Of a stretch of DNA of 20,000 nt, positions 17,056 through 20,000 are shown piece after piece. This DNA comes from an uncultured virus (IMG/VR IMGVR_UViG_3300043775_002819) (Duplodnaviria; Heunggongvirae; Uroviricota; Caudoviricetes), in IMG/VR virus record IMGVR_UViG_3300043775_002819; one strand, given 5' to 3'. The position numbers and the translations under genes were made by a program. A model generated the notes under the pieces. It was not told the DNA's origin, made no database searches, and saw only the letters and a list, made by a program, of their open reading frames with translations. Numbering within the stretch: position 1 is the stretch's first letter; each line of letters starts with the position of its first letter.

Positions 17056-17820
17056 TTATTTTGGTACAAATTTTATTAATTGAGATTGTAACTTTTTCAT
17101 AAAGGCAATTTCAGTATCTGTATTTTTTTTTGTGTAGGTTCTTTCATTTATATTAAAATAACTTTTTTTGTTACAAATAATTTCACTATTTGACTCAACA
17201 ATTTCAATATCATCAGTTTTAGGTATTTTTTTTATTAAATCCCATTTCTCCTGTAAAGTTATGTCGGTAAATTGTGGTTTAACTTTAGAAGTTATATTTT
17301 TTGCAGGACTTCCGGCGTAAACTTGATCTGTTTCCATATCTTTTGTTATTACACTACCAACCAAGGCCATTGATCTATCTTTTGCGTGTATTGGTGAAAC
17401 AATACAATGACCAACAAACCAAACATCATTCCCAATTGTCAAAGGTTTATTATCGTTGTAGTTACAACCAATTAAAGGATCCCCATACTTAATATGACTC
17501 CACAATTGAGAATAGGCACCAATACCACAATTGTTTCCAATAGTAACTCCACCTATAGAATCAATTATACAACCTTGTCCAATCCATGCGTTATGTCCTA
17601 TTTTCATAGGTAAATAACCATGAATATTTGTGTGATGGTGTATTTTACAATAATCACCAATTTCTAATTCATCAATTATTATTTGAACATTGTCGCCGAT
17701 ATAAGTATTATCACCTATTGTTATTTTTTTTGCATTACCATTTATTCCTTTTATAGTTGCCTTAGGTGAAATAAAAGTATTTTTACCTACTCGGAAATCC
17801 TCACAAAAAACATTATTCAT
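17056..17820 (-). CDS. Hexapeptide-repeat (left-handed beta-helix) sugar acyltransferase
   Basis: Repeated IGDNTYIG, IGDYCKI, IGHNAWIG, IGNNCGIG, IGNDVWF and the motif GSVITKD...YAGSPAK. Confidence 0.9.
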   Translation of the reverse strand: MNNVFCEDFRVGKNTFISPKATIKGINGNAKKITIGDNTYIGDNVQIIIDELEIGDYCKIHHHTNIHGYLPMKIGHNAWIGQGCIIDSIGGVTIGNNCGIGAYSQLWSHIKYGDPLIGCNYNDNKPLTIGNDVWFVGHCIVSPIHAKDRSMALVGSVITKDMETDQVYAGSPAKNITSKVKPQFTDITLQEKWDLIKKIPKTDDIEIVESNSEIICNKKSYFNINERTYTKKNTDTEIAFMKKLQSQLIKFVPK

Positions 17821-18598
17821 AATAGTTAGAGTATAACCAAGAATTATCCGAAATAAAGGTATTTTTTATAGACTCTGAAGTTTTATAATTTATTTTACCA
17901 ATTTTTTTTGATTCATCTTCGATTTGTTGGATTAGGTTGTTAGTGTTTTTATAGGTAGAAAAAAATTCACAGTTTTCAAACCCTAAACCTATTGTTTTTC
18001 TTCCCATATAAGCCATTTCGAACATGGTAGTACAACCACCTTTTTCATTTGGTTTAATATACACAAAAGAATTTTTATAAAATTTATTTTTTAAAGTTTC
18101 AATTGTTTCGTTTTGAGTATACAAAATATTATCTTTACCAAAATGGTTTATTATTGGTTGGATTACCTCGTCCCATTTAAAATAATCTTTTCTGTTGCCT
18201 AAAATTCCTTTATAAACGTAAATTTTATCCCCACATTCAATTGGTTGGAACTCGTCATAGTTTTTTATAGGAACAAAAATTTTTTTATGTTTTATTTTGT
18301 ATTTACTTAATACTTCCGAAAAAAAACCTGGATAAACCCAAGTATAGCATGAACCAATATCTACTAAGTTTTTAACTAAACTTAAAGATTTTGGTCTATC
18401 TAAGTCAGAACCTCCCCAAATTACCAAACTTTTTCCTTTATGATTTTGCAAAAACAATCTATCTGTATTTGTGTATAAACCAAAAAAAATTGCCGGTTTA
18501 TTAGTATCGTAATAATCAACTAAATTCCATTTTTTTTTGAAATTATCAGAAAAAAATTCTGATAAATTAGAAGAAATTTTAACTTGTTTAAACTCCAT
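17813..18598 (-). CDS. Putative glycosyltransferase-like (possibly GT-B) protein, ~261 aa
   Basis: Start moved to ATG 18598 (MEFKQVKISS), 1 nt after the upstream stop. IWGGSD and YIKPNEKGGCTTMFEMAYMGRKTIG resemble the GT-B 'E...G.P.I' region. First gene of the glycosylation cluster. Confidence 0.6.
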   Translation of the reverse strand: MEFKQVKISSNLSEFFSDNFKKKWNLVDYYDTNKPAIFFGLYTNTDRLFLQNHKGKSLVIWGGSDLDRPKSLSLVKNLVDIGSCYTWVYPGFFSEVLSKYKIKHKKIFVPIKNYDEFQPIECGDKIYVYKGILGNRKDYFKWDEVIQPIINHFGKDNILYTQNETIETLKNKFYKNSFVYIKPNEKGGCTTMFEMAYMGRKTIGLGFENCEFFSTYKNTNNLIQQIEDESKKIGKINYKTSESIKNTFISDNSWLYSNYYE

Positions 18599-18599
18599 T

Positions 18600-18905
18600 T
18601 TATTTTTTCTTTCTCCCTTGACAATGAGCCTTTTGACTAAAACCTTTTGGGTTATTACAGTTGATTGATCTTTTATATTTTTCAGACCACTTTTCTTCAA
18701 TTGGTTCTTTAGATAATTTTCCTTTCCAAAACTTAAATAAGTTTTCTTTATCGTAAAGACCTTTTTTTTGGTCCCACCCACAATCATGACAAAGAAATGG
18801 ATGTTTGTCATCATTTTCTTTTTTCCAAGAGTGTTCGCACTTTTCGCATTCAATCTTTTCGTTGAATATTCTATCGGCCTGTTTTTCTGTTAATAGTATT
18901 TTCAT
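18600..18905 (-). CDS. Small Cys-rich protein (CxxC...CxxC zinc-ribbon-like plus basic C-terminal module), MKILLTEKQ leader
   Basis: CEKCEHSW...LCHDCG, then EKWSEKYKRSINCNNPKGFSQKAHCQGRKKK. TAATG overlap with the upstream gene. Confidence 0.82.
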   Translation of the reverse strand: MKILLTEKQADRIFNEKIECEKCEHSWKKENDDKHPFLCHDCGWDQKKGLYDKENLFKFWKGKLSKEPIEEKWSEKYKRSINCNNPKGFSQKAHCQGRKKK

Positions 18906-19594
18906 TAGTTACAGTTTTCTACTAAGTCATTATAAATATCTACTAAATAATTGTGGTATTTTTCTTCTAAATATTCTTCTACCTCATCTCTAACCTCAAC
19001 CATTTCGTCTGGTGGATATTCATAGTCTTCATCTTCATCATCGTTGTAATAAAAATAAAGTCCTTGTCCAATACAATAGTCAGCATAGTCATTCTCATCC
19101 TCAAAATCACATGGATCTTGTATTTCAGTTTGATACTCTATTGACTCTCCAATTTTTTCAAGTTCACTAAATCTTCGTCTTAGTTTAGTACTCATTTCAC
19201 GACTTTCAGAAATCACTTCTTCATCACGATCATTTAATTCCATGTCCTTAATATCAAACCCATATTTGTGTGTTCCTATTATATTTGCAACTTTAAGTAT
19301 TAATGTGATTTCAAAATCTTGAAAGTCCGCTCTTTGAAACCATTCTTGATCTGTGTGTATAGAAAGTTTTACATCATAATGGTCGTGTATTTTTTTTACT
19401 TCTAAAACTTTAAGTTTTGTTGTTCCGTTCTTGAACCCTTTACAAAGTGCAAGTTCAAGATTTCTAAATGCATGTCTTCTAGAACAACCTTCAACATAAT
19501 CTTCAACCGCCATATCAACAAGATTTTGAACTGAATCAATTTGTTTTGATTCAAGTAATACTTTTTGTTGATCTTCTGAAATGATGATTTTCAT
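18905..19594 (-). CDS. Hypothetical protein, 229 aa, acidic C-terminal half, MKIIISEDQQKVLLES leader
   Basis: ORF with the shared leader and an internal EEVISES linker. Confidence 0.85.
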   Translation of the reverse strand: MKIIISEDQQKVLLESKQIDSVQNLVDMAVEDYVEGCSRRHAFRNLELALCKGFKNGTTKLKVLEVKKIHDHYDVKLSIHTDQEWFQRADFQDFEITLILKVANIIGTHKYGFDIKDMELNDRDEEVISESREMSTKLRRRFSELEKIGESIEYQTEIQDPCDFEDENDYADYCIGQGLYFYYNDDEDEDYEYPPDEMVEVRDEVEEYLEEKYHNYLVDIYNDLVENCN

Positions 19595-19599
19595 ATTAA

Positions 19600-19606
19600 A
19601 TAAATA
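19600..19606 (-). promoter_or_regulatory. TATTTAT motif 5 nt upstream of ATG 19594
   Basis: Minus strand reads TATTTAT-TTAAT-ATG in a 15-nt intergenic gap. Confidence 0.6.
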
Positions 19607-19609
19607 GTT

Positions 19610-19999
19610 CTAAATGTGAGTTACATAACCATGTCTGTCTGTTATAGAAGCATCCCAAACACCAGTTAAGTTATATTGTGTATTTTTATTAACCTCTGGA
19701 AAAAAGTGACCAAAAACATCACCAATTTTATCATAAATTTCATCACCTAATTCTTGACTATAAAATTCATCCTCTGTTAGGGACAAATTTGTTTTTATGT
19801 TAAAAAAATAATAAGGTAGTCCTCCCCAATCTCTATCAATACTTACCTGTAATCCATCAAACCAAGAATAATCGTCCAACTCTCTTTGGACATTTTTAGA
19901 AACCACTTTTTTTAATTTTATGGCCCTGTCATATAGTTGTTGAAGATCCATATCCACAATGGAATTTTCTTTGAGAAGACTAACTTGTGATTCTGTAAT
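19610..19999 (-). CDS. Hypothetical protein, 5'-truncated by window edge
   Basis: The frame stays open upstream of 19957, reading ...ITESQVSLLKENSIVDMDLQQLY. This is the same leader type, so the true start lies just outside the window. Confidence 0.8.
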   Translation of the reverse strand: MTESQVSLLKENSIVDMDLQQLYDRAIKLKKVVSKNVQRELDDYSWFDGLQVSIDRDWGGLPYYFFNIKTNLSLTEDEFYSQELGDEIYDKIGDVFGHFFPEVNKNTQYNLTGVWDASITDRHGYVTHI

Positions 20000-20000
20000 T

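Noticed and set aside
18599..18853. 85-aa N-terminal extension of ORF 17813..18853
   Set aside because: It overlaps the well-supported 18600..18905 gene in another frame. ATG 18598 immediately after that gene's stop is the better start.
18928..18938. Extra TATTTAT motif followed by ATG inside 18905..19594
   Set aside because: The ATG is only 1 nt from the motif and opens a two-codon frame (ATG ACT TAG). Probably chance, though an internal promoter cannot be excluded.
5771..18993. Other short ORFs (5771..5965, 6385..6591, 11636..11818, 11996..12181, 12768..13064, 12788..12973, 17301..17492, 18805..18993)
   Set aside because: They are nested in or antisense to confidently assigned genes, with no independent support.
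1..20000. Stop-codon reassignment (TAG or TGA recoding) as seen in some large phages
   Set aside because: Genes are intact and densely packed in the standard code. TAG (5616, 12699, 13090, 19610) and TGA (1136, 14043) act as real ends of complete genes.

Overview
AT-rich, very gene-dense window read in the standard genetic code, most consistent with a large (jumbo) bacteriophage infecting a Bacteroidota host. Most genes lie on the - strand in tightly coupled runs. Contents: (i) many proteins sharing short N-terminal 'I..ILKE(E)' or 'MKI.(L/I)(T/S)E.Q' leaders, among them a 945-aa DHH-phosphoesterase/muramidase-like fusion and a GH24 lysozyme; (ii) a DNA repair/tolerance set (UmuD-like, UmuC, UvrC lacking the HhH domain); (iii) a three-gene cassette of signal-peptide-bearing, SprB/PKD/Gly-rich adhesin-like proteins, where the last has a T9SS type-B C-terminal domain and the first two end in a shared PIxHN motif; (iv) a seven-gene glycosylation cluster (glycosyltransferases, a minimal DegT aminotransferase, a hexapeptide acyltransferase). 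Two motif classes lie 4-5 nt before start codons: Bacteroidota-type TAnnTTTG and a second motif, TATTTAT. This suggests near-leaderless transcription in two programmes. No tRNA, rRNA, CRISPR array or transposase was seen. All functional calls are motif recognition by eye, not database hits.
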